64,000 nt of DNA from a virus: positions 49,704 to 113,703 of IMG/VR virus record IMGVR_UViG_3300044730_000313; one strand, given 5' to 3'. Below the pieces are notes generated by a model, which saw nothing but the letters and a program-made list of their open reading frames with translations, made no database searches and was not told the origin of the DNA. A program made the translations under genes and the position numbers. Of this stretch, positions 45,051 to 54,427 are shown piece after piece; the stretch's first letter is position 1, and each line of letters opens with the position of its first letter.

Positions 45051-45914
45051 ATGGCAATTCAAGGAGACAAAAGAGAAAGACAAGCATTACCTGAGGTGAG
45101 CAAAAAGGTGGGATTGTTTGAAGCACGTGTAGTGGCTATCAATCCTACAACAGAAGAGTTCAAAGAAGTGTTAAACATTGAACTTCCTGAGGACAGCAAA
45201 GCAACTGAGTATCTAGGTACAAGCAGAGATGGTAACACCTTCCTGCGTATAGATATCTGGTTGCAAGAAGTCAAAAAGGGAGATAAGTTCAAAGTGACAT
45301 TCTTCCTAGAGAACAAAGAGCGTGAGAACAAAGATGGCAGCAAAAAGCAGTATATCGATAATATTGGTAGATGTGCTTGGGCTGATGATCCAAACAATCT
45401 CGCTGACTGGTTTACAAAGCGTGACTATCGCGTAGCGTTTGTAGGTGAAGAAGAACTCTATGGTTTTATGCGTACATGGTTAGAGCTTGATTATTCACAA
45501 CCTAAGGCAGACTTATCGTTAGAGTGGAAGAAGCTTATGAAAGGAAACGTTAAGGAGCTTAAAGAACAAGTGAATGGTGCTTATTGCACAAATGTAGCAG
45601 CTCTTGCCACCATCACCGTTAAGCAGAAAGATGGTGAGAACAAAGAATATCAGAGCATTTACAATAAAGCATTCCTGCCTGCCTATTATCTGAAGAACTT
45701 CCGTCTTATCGATTACAATGATCCCACAGTACAAAGTGGTTTGCGTGGTAAGAAGTCTAAGGACCTCAAGCCTCACGAGCGCTTTGTGGTGAACGTTACA
45801 GGAGAGTATGGTTGTAAAGACTATTACACTCTGCGTGACTTACAGGAGTATAACCCAGATGACAATCTGGTAGCTTCTGATAAGGCACTCTCTGATGACG
45901 GTAGTGATTTCTAA
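45051..45914 (+). CDS. Single-stranded DNA-binding protein (phage type)
   Basis: 287 aa with VVAINPT and acidic-aromatic C-terminus DDGSDF; follows the Sak4-like gene. Confidence 0.6.
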   Translation: MAIQGDKRERQALPEVSKKVGLFEARVVAINPTTEEFKEVLNIELPEDSKATEYLGTSRDGNTFLRIDIWLQEVKKGDKFKVTFFLENKERENKDGSKKQYIDNIGRCAWADDPNNLADWFTKRDYRVAFVGEEELYGFMRTWLELDYSQPKADLSLEWKKLMKGNVKELKEQVNGAYCTNVAALATITVKQKDGENKEYQSIYNKAFLPAYYLKNFRLIDYNDPTVQSGLRGKKSKDLKPHERFVVNVTGEYGCKDYYTLRDLQEYNPDDNLVASDKALSDDGSDF

Positions 45915-45931
45915 TTTCCATTCCCCTTCAC

Positions 45932-45969
45932 AGCCCTCATCAGAGCAATCTGGTGGGGGCTTTATTTTT
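45932..45969 (+). terminator. Intrinsic terminator
   Basis: AGCCCTCATCAGA-GCAA-TCTGGTGGGGGCT followed by a T-run. Confidence 0.75.
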
Positions 45970-45974
45970 ATTCT

Positions 45975-46355
45975 ATGATAGCAATTCCTGTTAGCGTAGG
46001 TGAGCTGATTGATAAATACACCATCCTACAAATCAAACGTTCTAAGGTGAGTGCTGATAAGCTTGCAAAGGTGCAGCATGAGATGGGTGCCCTTTTACCT
46101 TTAGTGGGACCATTTATTGGCATTGATACAATTGCCAGGCTCTACGAAGATTTAATAGGGGTAAACACTCAGCTTTGGGATGTGGAAGATAAAATTAGGA
46201 GATTGGAAAAGGATAAGAGTTTTGGTGATGAGTTTGTAGGACTTTCTAGAGCTGTCTATCATCTAAACGATGAACGGTTTGCTATCAAGAATAAAATTAA
46301 CATGCTTACAGATTCAGACATCCAAGAAGTAAAACAGTATATTGACTACAAATGA
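45975..46355 (+). CDS. DUF6165-like protein
   Basis: IPVSVGELIDKYTILQIK..LWDVEDKIR..F..LSRAVY.LND.R..IK.KIN. Confidence 0.65.
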   Translation: MIAIPVSVGELIDKYTILQIKRSKVSADKLAKVQHEMGALLPLVGPFIGIDTIARLYEDLIGVNTQLWDVEDKIRRLEKDKSFGDEFVGLSRAVYHLNDERFAIKNKINMLTDSDIQEVKQYIDYK

Positions 46356-47362
46356 TTACAGGAGAAAGAAGGATTAGACTCACTCCTCAAGCTGTTCTTC
46401 AGAAGATTTCAGAGTATGACATATTTAGGTTCTACATGCCTGAAAAAGGCTGGAAGATTAATCAGGCTACATTCTCTCCATTTAGGCAGGAGAACAATCC
46501 ATCCTTCCTGATAGGTAATAGGAAGGGGTTTCTATCATTTATAGACTTTGCTGATACCAGCAAGCGTGGTGACTGCTTTACATTCGTAAAGATGCTCCAC
46601 AACCTATCCACAATGGATGATGTCCTGAGGATGATAGATAGAGACTTTGGACTGGGATTTCTACCTAGTACAGCCACAGGTGATTACAAAGTAATTACCA
46701 AGGCATATAAGCAGCCCGAAGAGGTGGGTAAGCGCTATTCCCTGATTCAGGTGGTTACGCGTAAGTTCACGCAGGAAGAGCTAGCTTATTGGAACGAATA
46801 TCACCAGAGCCTGGATGATCTAAGAGCTAACAATGTCTATGCTATCAAGAAGCTCTATCTGAACAAACAGCTGTTTCCTTTGAAGGATACAGAACTAAGG
46901 TTTGGTTACTATTATGATGGGTGCTGGAAGATCTACCGTCCGTTTGCTGATAAGAAAAGCAAATGGGTGCCTAACAATGTCCCTATTACAACAATGGATG
47001 GCAAAGAGGATATATCCAATTGCAAGATAGCCTTTATCAACAAGTCCAAGAAGGACTATATGGTGATGAAAAAAGTGTTCCCTTGCTGTTGTGCTGTCCA
47101 AAATGAGGGACTAGGATGTTTCTCTGATGGGAATGTAGAATTCTTAAAAGCTAACTCTGATAGACAAATCCTAAGCTTTGATAGCGATGAGACGGGTGTA
47201 CACAACTCTAAGCAGATTACAGAACTGTTTAACTTTGAGTATATTAACGTCCCACGTAAGTATCTATCTGAAGGAATAAAGGATTGGGCTGACCTAGTAA
47301 AAGCCTATGGGTATTATCCCGTAGAAAACTATTTAAGACAAAAAGGATTACACGATTTTTAA
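46352..47362 (+). CDS. DNA primase (DnaG/TOPRIM-type, crAss-like)
   Basis: SPFRQENNPSF, DF..GDCF.FV, KIYRP, SFDSDETG, KDWAD. Confidence 0.75.
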   Translation: MITGERRIRLTPQAVLQKISEYDIFRFYMPEKGWKINQATFSPFRQENNPSFLIGNRKGFLSFIDFADTSKRGDCFTFVKMLHNLSTMDDVLRMIDRDFGLGFLPSTATGDYKVITKAYKQPEEVGKRYSLIQVVTRKFTQEELAYWNEYHQSLDDLRANNVYAIKKLYLNKQLFPLKDTELRFGYYYDGCWKIYRPFADKKSKWVPNNVPITTMDGKEDISNCKIAFINKSKKDYMVMKKVFPCCCAVQNEGLGCFSDGNVEFLKANSDRQILSFDSDETGVHNSKQITELFNFEYINVPRKYLSEGIKDWADLVKAYGYYPVENYLRQKGLHDF

Positions 47363-47372
47363 AACAAACAAC

Positions 47373-48161
47373 ATGGAAAACAAAACTTCCTACGTATCAG
47401 CAAGAAGTATTTTGACACAGGCATCTGTGCCTGTAGAAACCAGGACTTACAAGCCTGTAACACATCAACAACTCATGGATCTCACCCTGGAAAGCATACA
47501 ACAAGCAGGGTTTGAACTGGGTGATGAGACTTACACAGCAGCTAAGAATGGTAATGTAGCAAACGGTAGATATACCATTACCAATGTAGCAGATAGCGAA
47601 ATGCAGCTACAAATTGGTTGGCAGAACAGCTATGACAAGAGCCTCAGCCTAAAGTTTGCTATCGGTACACGCATCTTCATTTGCCAAAATGGTTGTGTAT
47701 CAGGAGATTACGGTGCTTTTAGAAAGAAGCATCAAGGGGAAATACAGACATTCACTCCTGCAGCCATCACTGAGTATATCAAAAGAGCAGGTGAAGCCTT
47801 CCAGAAAATGCAACAAGAGCGTGAGAGAATGAAAACCATTGAGCTCACTAAGCGCACAACAGCTGAGCTAATTGGTAGAATGATTATTGAGGAGAACGTT
47901 ATTGAAAGCACACAGCTCAACATCATTCGCAGAGAGATAGAAGCTCCATCTTTTGACTATGGTGCACCTAACAGCATGTGGGAACTCTATCAGCACACCA
48001 CGTATGCTATGAAGGAAGTGCATCCAAGTCTTTGGATGAGAAACCACATTAACGCACACTCGTTCTTTGTTAATGCATCTGGTATAATTGTATCTCCTAC
48101 ACAGATTAGTGTAGAGGTGCCTGAACCAGGAGCCTTAGAACAATTAGAAATGCAATTTTAA
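47373..48161 (+). CDS. DUF932-like protein
   Basis: TYKPVTH, GWQNSYDKS, RIFICQNG, SMWELYQ. Confidence 0.7.
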   Translation: MENKTSYVSARSILTQASVPVETRTYKPVTHQQLMDLTLESIQQAGFELGDETYTAAKNGNVANGRYTITNVADSEMQLQIGWQNSYDKSLSLKFAIGTRIFICQNGCVSGDYGAFRKKHQGEIQTFTPAAITEYIKRAGEAFQKMQQERERMKTIELTKRTTAELIGRMIIEENVIESTQLNIIRREIEAPSFDYGAPNSMWELYQHTTYAMKEVHPSLWMRNHINAHSFFVNASGIIVSPTQISVEVPEPGALEQLEMQF

Positions 48162-48162
48162 T

Positions 48163-48873
48163 ATGAATTGGGAGAAATTCGCAGACCAGTTTGACGAAAG
48201 CTGGCACATCAAAATGAAACCATTCATTGAGAGTGAAGCTTGTGACACTATCTATGAGTTTCTCAAAAAGGAAGCAAAGAGGGGCAAGAAGATTGCCCCT
48301 CTCTCTTCTAACGTTTTTAGAGCGTTTAGAGAAACTAAGTTTACAGACATCAAGGCTATTATGGTGGGCATGTGTCCCTATCATACGTTCAAGAATGGAG
48401 AACCTGTAGCAGACGGTTTGCTAATGGGTTGCTCCACAACAGGATATCCACAGCCTTCATTAGATAAGTTTTACGATGCTTTGGAGAAAGAGTTCCACGA
48501 TGGGCTCAATCTCAAAATGAATAAGAATCCAGATGTTAGCTATTTGGCTAACCAAGGAATTCTAATGCTTAACGCAGCTCTCACTGTAGAGGCTAATAAA
48601 GCAGGCTCACATAATGCCATTTGGGAACCATTCATGAAATATCTATTCGAGAATGTGTTAGATACAATAGGCGCTCCAATCATCTTCCTTGGGAAAGATG
48701 CAGCTAAATATGAGCGCTATGTAGCCCCTTTTACATGGACATTCACAGTATCACACCCCGCCAGCGCATCATACAAGAATACTGACTGGGATACAGAGGG
48801 TGTGTTTAAGAAAGTGAGCCAGATAGTTAAACAAAACAACAATCTAGACATTAACTGGCTAGATGTAAACTAA
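48163..48873 (+). CDS. ung: Uracil-DNA glycosylase family 1 (atypical active site)
   Basis: VFRAF, GMCPYH (for GQDPYH), QGILMLNAALTV, GSH..W..F, LGKDA, SHPAS. Confidence 0.8.
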   Translation: MNWEKFADQFDESWHIKMKPFIESEACDTIYEFLKKEAKRGKKIAPLSSNVFRAFRETKFTDIKAIMVGMCPYHTFKNGEPVADGLLMGCSTTGYPQPSLDKFYDALEKEFHDGLNLKMNKNPDVSYLANQGILMLNAALTVEANKAGSHNAIWEPFMKYLFENVLDTIGAPIIFLGKDAAKYERYVAPFTWTFTVSHPASASYKNTDWDTEGVFKKVSQIVKQNNNLDINWLDVN

Positions 48874-48884
48874 ATCAATTATTT

Positions 48885-49196
48885 ATGGAAATGACAGTAG
48901 ATGATCTCCAATTAGGAGATGAGTTCCTCTATTCTGTACAGGGAACTATTGCCAGGGCTAAGGTGATTAGACCCGTAGTGCCTAAAAAGGTACAACCCAC
49001 ACACATAGTAGGTAAGACATTTTACAAGTCTGTTAAATGTAAGGTGGCTGTAAAAGAAACATCTTACACTACAAACTGGGGTGGAAAAACACGCACATGG
49101 ACCAAAAAAGAATACAATGCTTCAGACAATTACACAGTTGAGAAGTTTGTAGACCTTAATTACAGAAACGTTTGGTTAATTAAAAGAGAAGACTAA
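48885..49196 (+). CDS. Hypothetical protein
   Basis: 103 aa, in operon. Confidence 0.55.
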   Translation: MEMTVDDLQLGDEFLYSVQGTIARAKVIRPVVPKKVQPTHIVGKTFYKSVKCKVAVKETSYTTNWGGKTRTWTKKEYNASDNYTVEKFVDLNYRNVWLIKRED

Positions 49197-49591
49197 TGAA
49201 ACCTTTAAAAGTTGGAGAAAACCTCACCCTAAATATGGGTGATTTTATTGTGATTGCCTCAGGTGGTAATTTAGATTATGGATGGTATTGTGGACAGAAT
49301 AGATATGGGTCCACGCTTCATTATTACAGTATATGGGCTCCTGGAAGTGCTTTGGAAGACTATGAGCAGTATGAAAAAGGAGAACCAATACGATCATGGG
49401 TAGCTGAGAGGTTTAAAAGAGCAGGCGGATTTACCTCTAAATGCTTTTACAAGAACTTCCTTAACAGTTGGTATGAAGGTAGAATACTAAAGCCAGGTAA
49501 TCCAGATGAGCTATTTACACATCCAGAGCAACTAGAAAGATACAACAAATCTAAAGAAGCACTAATCAGAATTAAATTCCTACAACCATGA
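49196..49591 (+). CDS. Hypothetical protein
   Basis: 131 aa, coupled to neighbours. Confidence 0.55.
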   Translation: MKPLKVGENLTLNMGDFIVIASGGNLDYGWYCGQNRYGSTLHYYSIWAPGSALEDYEQYEKGEPIRSWVAERFKRAGGFTSKCFYKNFLNSWYEGRILKPGNPDELFTHPEQLERYNKSKEALIRIKFLQP

Positions 49592-51915
49592 TTTTAGAAA
49601 AACAGAAAGAATCAATGGTTCACCAAGAGGGTGAATCACAAGAATCGATTGGAATGTCCCTTGACCTAGACTCAGCACAGATTTTGATGCAGATGTTGAG
49701 TAAGAACTTGTATTCAGATGATATTGGTTCTACTATCAGGGAGTGTGCATCTAATGCACTAGATTCTCACCGCAGGGCTGGTGTTGATAAGCCTATTGTG
49801 GTGTCTCTATCTATCAACAAAGAGGATAATTATGAGTTCTCCGTGGAGGACTTTGGTACAGGACTAGATGCTGAAGACGTAAAGAATATTATCAGCAAGT
49901 ATGGTAAGTCTACCAAGCGTAACAGCGCTACAGAACTAGGTATGATGGGGCTAGGTTTCAAAGCTCCGCTAGCGTACACATCCAGTTTCTATTTTGTCTG
50001 TCGTAAGGATGGAATGGAACGTAAGTATATGATGTACGAGGGTGAGGATGTCAATACTATTGACCTTCTTTATGAAGCACCCACAGATCAACCTAATGGT
50101 GTCAAGGTGATTGTACCTCTTAAACCCTATGACAAGCACACCTTTATTCGTAAGATTAAAGAGCAGCTTGCATATTTTGAGAGCGTTTACTTTGATGTAC
50201 CAGAAATACATAATGACTTTGTAATTACACGCCATGAATTCTTCCAATTTTCGGAACTTGCTAGTAATAATTATCTGCATATCTGTCTGGATAATGTCTA
50301 TTATCCTATTGACTTTGATAAACTGGGCATCGATTCGATTTATCTTCCAGTGGCTCTTAGATTTAGTTTGACAGATGGTATATTTCCCACTCCTAACAGG
50401 GAATCCATCCGATATACACAAGAGGCCAAGGCTGTGATTCTCAAGCGTTTACAACAAGCTTCTAACTATTTCATTGAGAAATACAATGAGACGGTGAAGG
50501 AAACTGCAGATTTGAAGACTATCATTGACTATTTTGATAGTGATAATCGCTATCTAAAGATGGGTAAGTCTAGTTGGAACGTAAATCCTCTGTCTAAGTT
50601 TGCTACAATAGACATTGCAGCTCCTAAACTCAAGGGTATCAATCTACTTGATATGCAACAGTTGGTGAGACTGCAGGAGTATATGCTTGGTGAGTATGAT
50701 GCTAAGTTCTATGTGAATGGTAAAACCATGAGGGAAGCTAAACGCTATTATGGAGCAACATCTATCAAAAAGCTCAGCCACACAGTGTATGTATATGAAG
50801 GAGATAAGATTTCTGGACTCAAGAAAGACTATCTGAAAAGCATACAGCCTGACAAGTATACAGACAGTCTGATTGTAAGAAAATCTAGGAGTTTTCCCTT
50901 ACGCAGCAAGAATGGTAGAGGTGATTATGACAATTATTACACTATGCTCAAGCTGGGTAAGCATCCAAAGAGTGAGTGGAGACAAAGGATTCAGGAGTTT
51001 CAATCCATCATAAATGGCTATACCAGCCAATTTGTGAACATTGATACTATGGATGTGCCACAAAGCTTTATTGATGCTAGGAAGAAACAGCGTATCACCA
51101 CTGGTCAAATCAAGGGTACAGGTGCTGCTAGTGGTCCCCGTAGAGTGAAGCTAAAAGGCGAGATGATATGTAAGCAAGCTACAGAACTAGAGCGCTGGGT
51201 AGATAACAAGAACTGTAAGTGGGTTAGTAAGACCTATGATATGGCTAAGTTCCACCAGAATCCGTTTCTCCTCATCTATGGTAAGCAGGAGGATATGGAT
51301 AAGATGGATAAGTGGTTCAGGCCTACAAGAAGTCTTAAGATTGAACTAGCAGTTCTTAGTGAGCGTGAAATCAAGCTCGTAGAGAAGATAGAATTACATA
51401 ACCTAATGTCATTTAGTAAATTTATGGAAGGAAAGAATAAAAAGTTCCAACGGATAGCAACAGCATGCTTTATTGATAAGCTTACAGATGATTACAAATA
51501 TGTATTCCGTAATGTAGAAGCACTTCGACCTATTTCTACAGATCTGCATGACAAAGTGGTAAGTCTTGCTAATTATAGAAATGTTAATTTCAGAAGCCTG
51601 AATGATGACATAAGAGACACCATTATAGAACATGCAAAAGAGAATAAAGCATTTGATCTATCTATGTATTCCACTGTTGTAGAAATAGAGACTATTTGCA
51701 AGAAGCTTCCGTTCCTAGATGCAATGATGAGCAACATTCGTTATTATGGAGATGTGGATGATGATAAACCACTACTCACAGCTCTCAAGGATCTATTCAA
51801 ATACCACAAGCATAGAATAGATTGGAAGAACTACAGAATACGCTTCAATGAAGATCTCCCTTTGGAGGACACGCTAACAACGGAAACTGTTGAACAATTG
51901 GTACAACAAGATTAA
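49588..51915 (+). CDS. rIIA: rIIA-like protein (GHKL/HSP90-like ATPase N-terminus)
   Basis: LYSD..IRECASNALDSH, EDFGTGL, YGKSTKR..GMMGLGFKAPLAY, TPNRESIRY; followed by a rIIB-like gene. Confidence 0.8.
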   Translation: MILEKQKESMVHQEGESQESIGMSLDLDSAQILMQMLSKNLYSDDIGSTIRECASNALDSHRRAGVDKPIVVSLSINKEDNYEFSVEDFGTGLDAEDVKNIISKYGKSTKRNSATELGMMGLGFKAPLAYTSSFYFVCRKDGMERKYMMYEGEDVNTIDLLYEAPTDQPNGVKVIVPLKPYDKHTFIRKIKEQLAYFESVYFDVPEIHNDFVITRHEFFQFSELASNNYLHICLDNVYYPIDFDKLGIDSIYLPVALRFSLTDGIFPTPNRESIRYTQEAKAVILKRLQQASNYFIEKYNETVKETADLKTIIDYFDSDNRYLKMGKSSWNVNPLSKFATIDIAAPKLKGINLLDMQQLVRLQEYMLGEYDAKFYVNGKTMREAKRYYGATSIKKLSHTVYVYEGDKISGLKKDYLKSIQPDKYTDSLIVRKSRSFPLRSKNGRGDYDNYYTMLKLGKHPKSEWRQRIQEFQSIINGYTSQFVNIDTMDVPQSFIDARKKQRITTGQIKGTGAASGPRRVKLKGEMICKQATELERWVDNKNCKWVSKTYDMAKFHQNPFLLIYGKQEDMDKMDKWFRPTRSLKIELAVLSEREIKLVEKIELHNLMSFSKFMEGKNKKFQRIATACFIDKLTDDYKYVFRNVEALRPISTDLHDKVVSLANYRNVNFRSLNDDIRDTIIEHAKENKAFDLSMYSTVVEIETICKKLPFLDAMMSNIRYYGDVDDDKPLLTALKDLFKYHKHRIDWKNYRIRFNEDLPLEDTLTTETVEQLVQQD

Positions 51916-51919
51916 ACAA

Positions 51920-51946
51920 AAAAGGGGGACTAAAACTCCCCCTTTT
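51920..51946. terminator. Hairpin between rIIA and rIIB
   Basis: AAAAGGGGGA/TCCCCCTTTT. Confidence 0.5.
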
Positions 51947-51970
51947 ATTAAACTTTTAAAAAACAATCAA

Positions 51971-53509
51971 ATGAGTATTTTCAGCCTAAACTGGTTCAAA
52001 TCAAGAAAACAACAAGAGATCGATGATCTCAAGCATGACATCAAAGTAAAGGAGTTACAAAGACAACTAGAGAGACTAGATGGTCCTCCAGTTCCTGTAT
52101 TACCACAAAACGTAACTGTATCTTCTAATTATGTGCCCTACAGTTCAATAGTTAATCAGCTGTCTAAGCCTTACAAGAATATCAAATTGGTGAATGACAT
52201 GCTCACTATTGTTCTGAATGACGGGTCTATTATCAGTAAGCCTGGTGCTACTAACGATGACTTTATATATGCTCGTAATGCATCCACAGAGCAACAACTA
52301 CTCAACCTGGTTGCTAATCAGGAGATTGTAGCAGAAAGAAGGAAGGAAGAAGCAGAGCTAGCTAGAACAAGGGCTCTTAGACAAGGTATTGAACAGCTTA
52401 CACAACTAGATGACTTTGAACTAAAAGGTGGTTCTGTCTATCTAACAGGTATTGACCGTTCTCTGCCACAATTATTGGTAGAAGAGTTTGTTGTTATTGC
52501 ATCTAGAAATAAATTCAATCGCTATGCACTAGCTAATGATGAGGAGTTTCAGTCTCTGAAGCGCTTCTTTATGTGGTGCTGTCTGAACCCTCGTGCAGAG
52601 GTGGCAGACAAGCTGTACAACTTCCTGAAGAAGAACGCGTTCAAGATTACCAAGCAGGGCTTCTTTGCAGCGCTCAGAAACGTTGTAACACTACATGGTT
52701 CTCCAGAGCTTGTACAGTTTATATCTAATGCCTACATCAAGGTGAAGGCTGTATGGAAGAAGAGTCCAGACCAATATGAGGTGTACCTTAAGGATGGTGT
52801 TTATTCTTTCATCCATATAGATGATACATACACTACAGAGCTTGTAGATTGTGACTGTCATGATATGGATGAGGATGGTGAGGAGTATTGGTATAGTGGA
52901 AACTGTGATGACTGTGATGAAAACGATCAAAGAGAAGAAACAGTGAAGAGAACTGATCTAGGTGAACTTATTGGTAATCTGACAGAGCTCTATCTGGACC
53001 TGCCTAATAGAAGCGAGAACAGATTTACAGATGCTCACACAAAAACTTTTGACATTCGTGTAGGTAGACCTGTAAACATGGACCCAAAGCTATGTCGTTG
53101 GAATACAGACGATTGTGGTGCTGAGGGTTTACACTTCACTTCTGATGAGATTCACTATGTAGGATGTGGTGACCAGTCTGTGTTAGTCCTCATTAACCCA
53201 ATGAAGGTGGTGGGTATTGGCGAATCCAAGGGCAGATGCTGGGAATATCTTCCTATCATGACTGTTCCTACTGAAGAAGCAACATCTATTTTGCATGATC
53301 TGGACTTTGACACACTGCAGCTTGATGATAGCTATGCTGTTCGTGAGCTAGAGGGTCTGACAGAAAAGGTGAAAGATGGCTTTGTAGCAGAGAGCAAGAA
53401 GCATCAGTTCAACATGCCTCACATATCCACAAGAGACATCGAGAACATCGTTGCATCTTTGGATGAGATGAAGAACGAGATTAGCAAGCGCATCGTTGCT
53501 CTTGATTAA
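51971..53509 (+). CDS. rIIB: rIIB-like protein
   Basis: LNP..LYNFL..KITKQGFF..RNV, TDAHT..G..VNM..C..GLH, VLINP..VV..KGRC.EY; start reassigned to MSIFSL. Confidence 0.75.
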   Translation: MSIFSLNWFKSRKQQEIDDLKHDIKVKELQRQLERLDGPPVPVLPQNVTVSSNYVPYSSIVNQLSKPYKNIKLVNDMLTIVLNDGSIISKPGATNDDFIYARNASTEQQLLNLVANQEIVAERRKEEAELARTRALRQGIEQLTQLDDFELKGGSVYLTGIDRSLPQLLVEEFVVIASRNKFNRYALANDEEFQSLKRFFMWCCLNPRAEVADKLYNFLKKNAFKITKQGFFAALRNVVTLHGSPELVQFISNAYIKVKAVWKKSPDQYEVYLKDGVYSFIHIDDTYTTELVDCDCHDMDEDGEEYWYSGNCDDCDENDQREETVKRTDLGELIGNLTELYLDLPNRSENRFTDAHTKTFDIRVGRPVNMDPKLCRWNTDDCGAEGLHFTSDEIHYVGCGDQSVLVLINPMKVVGIGESKGRCWEYLPIMTVPTEEATSILHDLDFDTLQLDDSYAVRELEGLTEKVKDGFVAESKKHQFNMPHISTRDIENIVASLDEMKNEISKRIVALD

Positions 53510-53513
53510 TAAA

Positions 53514-53545
53514 TTTGGGGGTGTAACATTTATTTCTTATATTTG
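53514..53545 (+). promoter_or_regulatory. Bacteroidota sigma-A promoter embedded in an inverted repeat
   Basis: TTTG-N20-TATATTTG. Confidence 0.7.
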
Positions 53546-53569
53546 TTACACTCCCCTATTTATAACTAT

Positions 53570-53974
53570 ATGACAATCAAGAAGAAACGAAAGCCTAGGA
53601 AACCTAGGGTGGAGAGACCAAGGAATGCTGGCACAATGACTGAATCAGCATTCTGGTCCTTTATTCGCAGTGCTCTTAGGCAGAAGAGCAGATGGTGGAA
53701 ACCTATATTGCAATGCAAACTGGAAGCCCGTAGAGCCTACAAAGGTCCTAATAAGAGGCAGAAATTTGAATACCAATGCAAACAATGCGAGAAATGGTTC
53801 CAAGAAAAGAAAATCAATGTTGATCACATTCATCCAGCAGGCAGTCTCAACTGTGCAGCAGACCTCCCAGGATTTGTAGAACGCTTGTTCTGTGAAAAGG
53901 AGAATCTGCAGGTGCTGTGTGAGAAATGTCATGATGAAAAAACTAAACAAGAAAAACTATGTCAGAAGAAGTAA
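53570..53974 (+). CDS. HNH endonuclease
   Basis: CKQC..VDHIHP..NLQVLCEKCHDEKT; start reassigned to MTIKKK. Confidence 0.8.
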   Translation: MTIKKKRKPRKPRVERPRNAGTMTESAFWSFIRSALRQKSRWWKPILQCKLEARRAYKGPNKRQKFEYQCKQCEKWFQEKKINVDHIHPAGSLNCAADLPGFVERLFCEKENLQVLCEKCHDEKTKQEKLCQKK

Positions 53975-54240
53975 ACCAGATTATCATTAACAGAGAACCC
54001 TCTTTTACAGAGGTGTGGCATGAAGGCTATATAGAATCCAAAGGAGAACGCCATTACTTTTGGCTTATTGATCCTCAAGGTGTAGACCCAAGAGGTAATG
54101 AATATGCACCAGAGGTGAGATGGTTCTTTGCCCGTGTACCCAGAGAGGTGAGGGTGATGTACAATTCTATTATTGAAGCTTTTAAACAAACACAGAAAGA
54201 TGATAGTGCAGACAGTGCACGAGATCCTAAATCCCTTTGA
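53959..54240 (+). CDS. Hypothetical protein
   Basis: 93 aa, in operon. Confidence 0.55.
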   Translation: MSEEVNQIIINREPSFTEVWHEGYIESKGERHYFWLIDPQGVDPRGNEYAPEVRWFFARVPREVRVMYNSIIEAFKQTQKDDSADSARDPKSL

Positions 54241-54427
54241 TGTAGAAGTGCGAGAGCTGGGGTATGGAGTGGCTTTGTTTCTTATAACAGGAAGCATACA
54301 TTCCAACCCCCAGTTCATCGTACGTTTCTATCACACAGGGGAACTTAGAACCGTGGACCAAAATGACCTGCGTGTATATGGTAATCCAACAGCAGGTGAA
54401 TCTTTAAAACCAAAAGACAATGATTAA
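54200..54427 (+). CDS. Hypothetical protein
   Basis: Start reassigned to MIVQTV. Confidence 0.5.
   Translation: MIVQTVHEILNPFDVEVRELGYGVALFLITGSIHSNPQFIVRFYHTGELRTVDQNDLRVYGNPTAGESLKPKDND

Noticed and set aside
46352-46600. Primase lacking the Cys zinc-finger as a novelty
   Set aside because: Cys-less SPFR..NPSF N-termini are, to my knowledge, usual for primases of this phage group.
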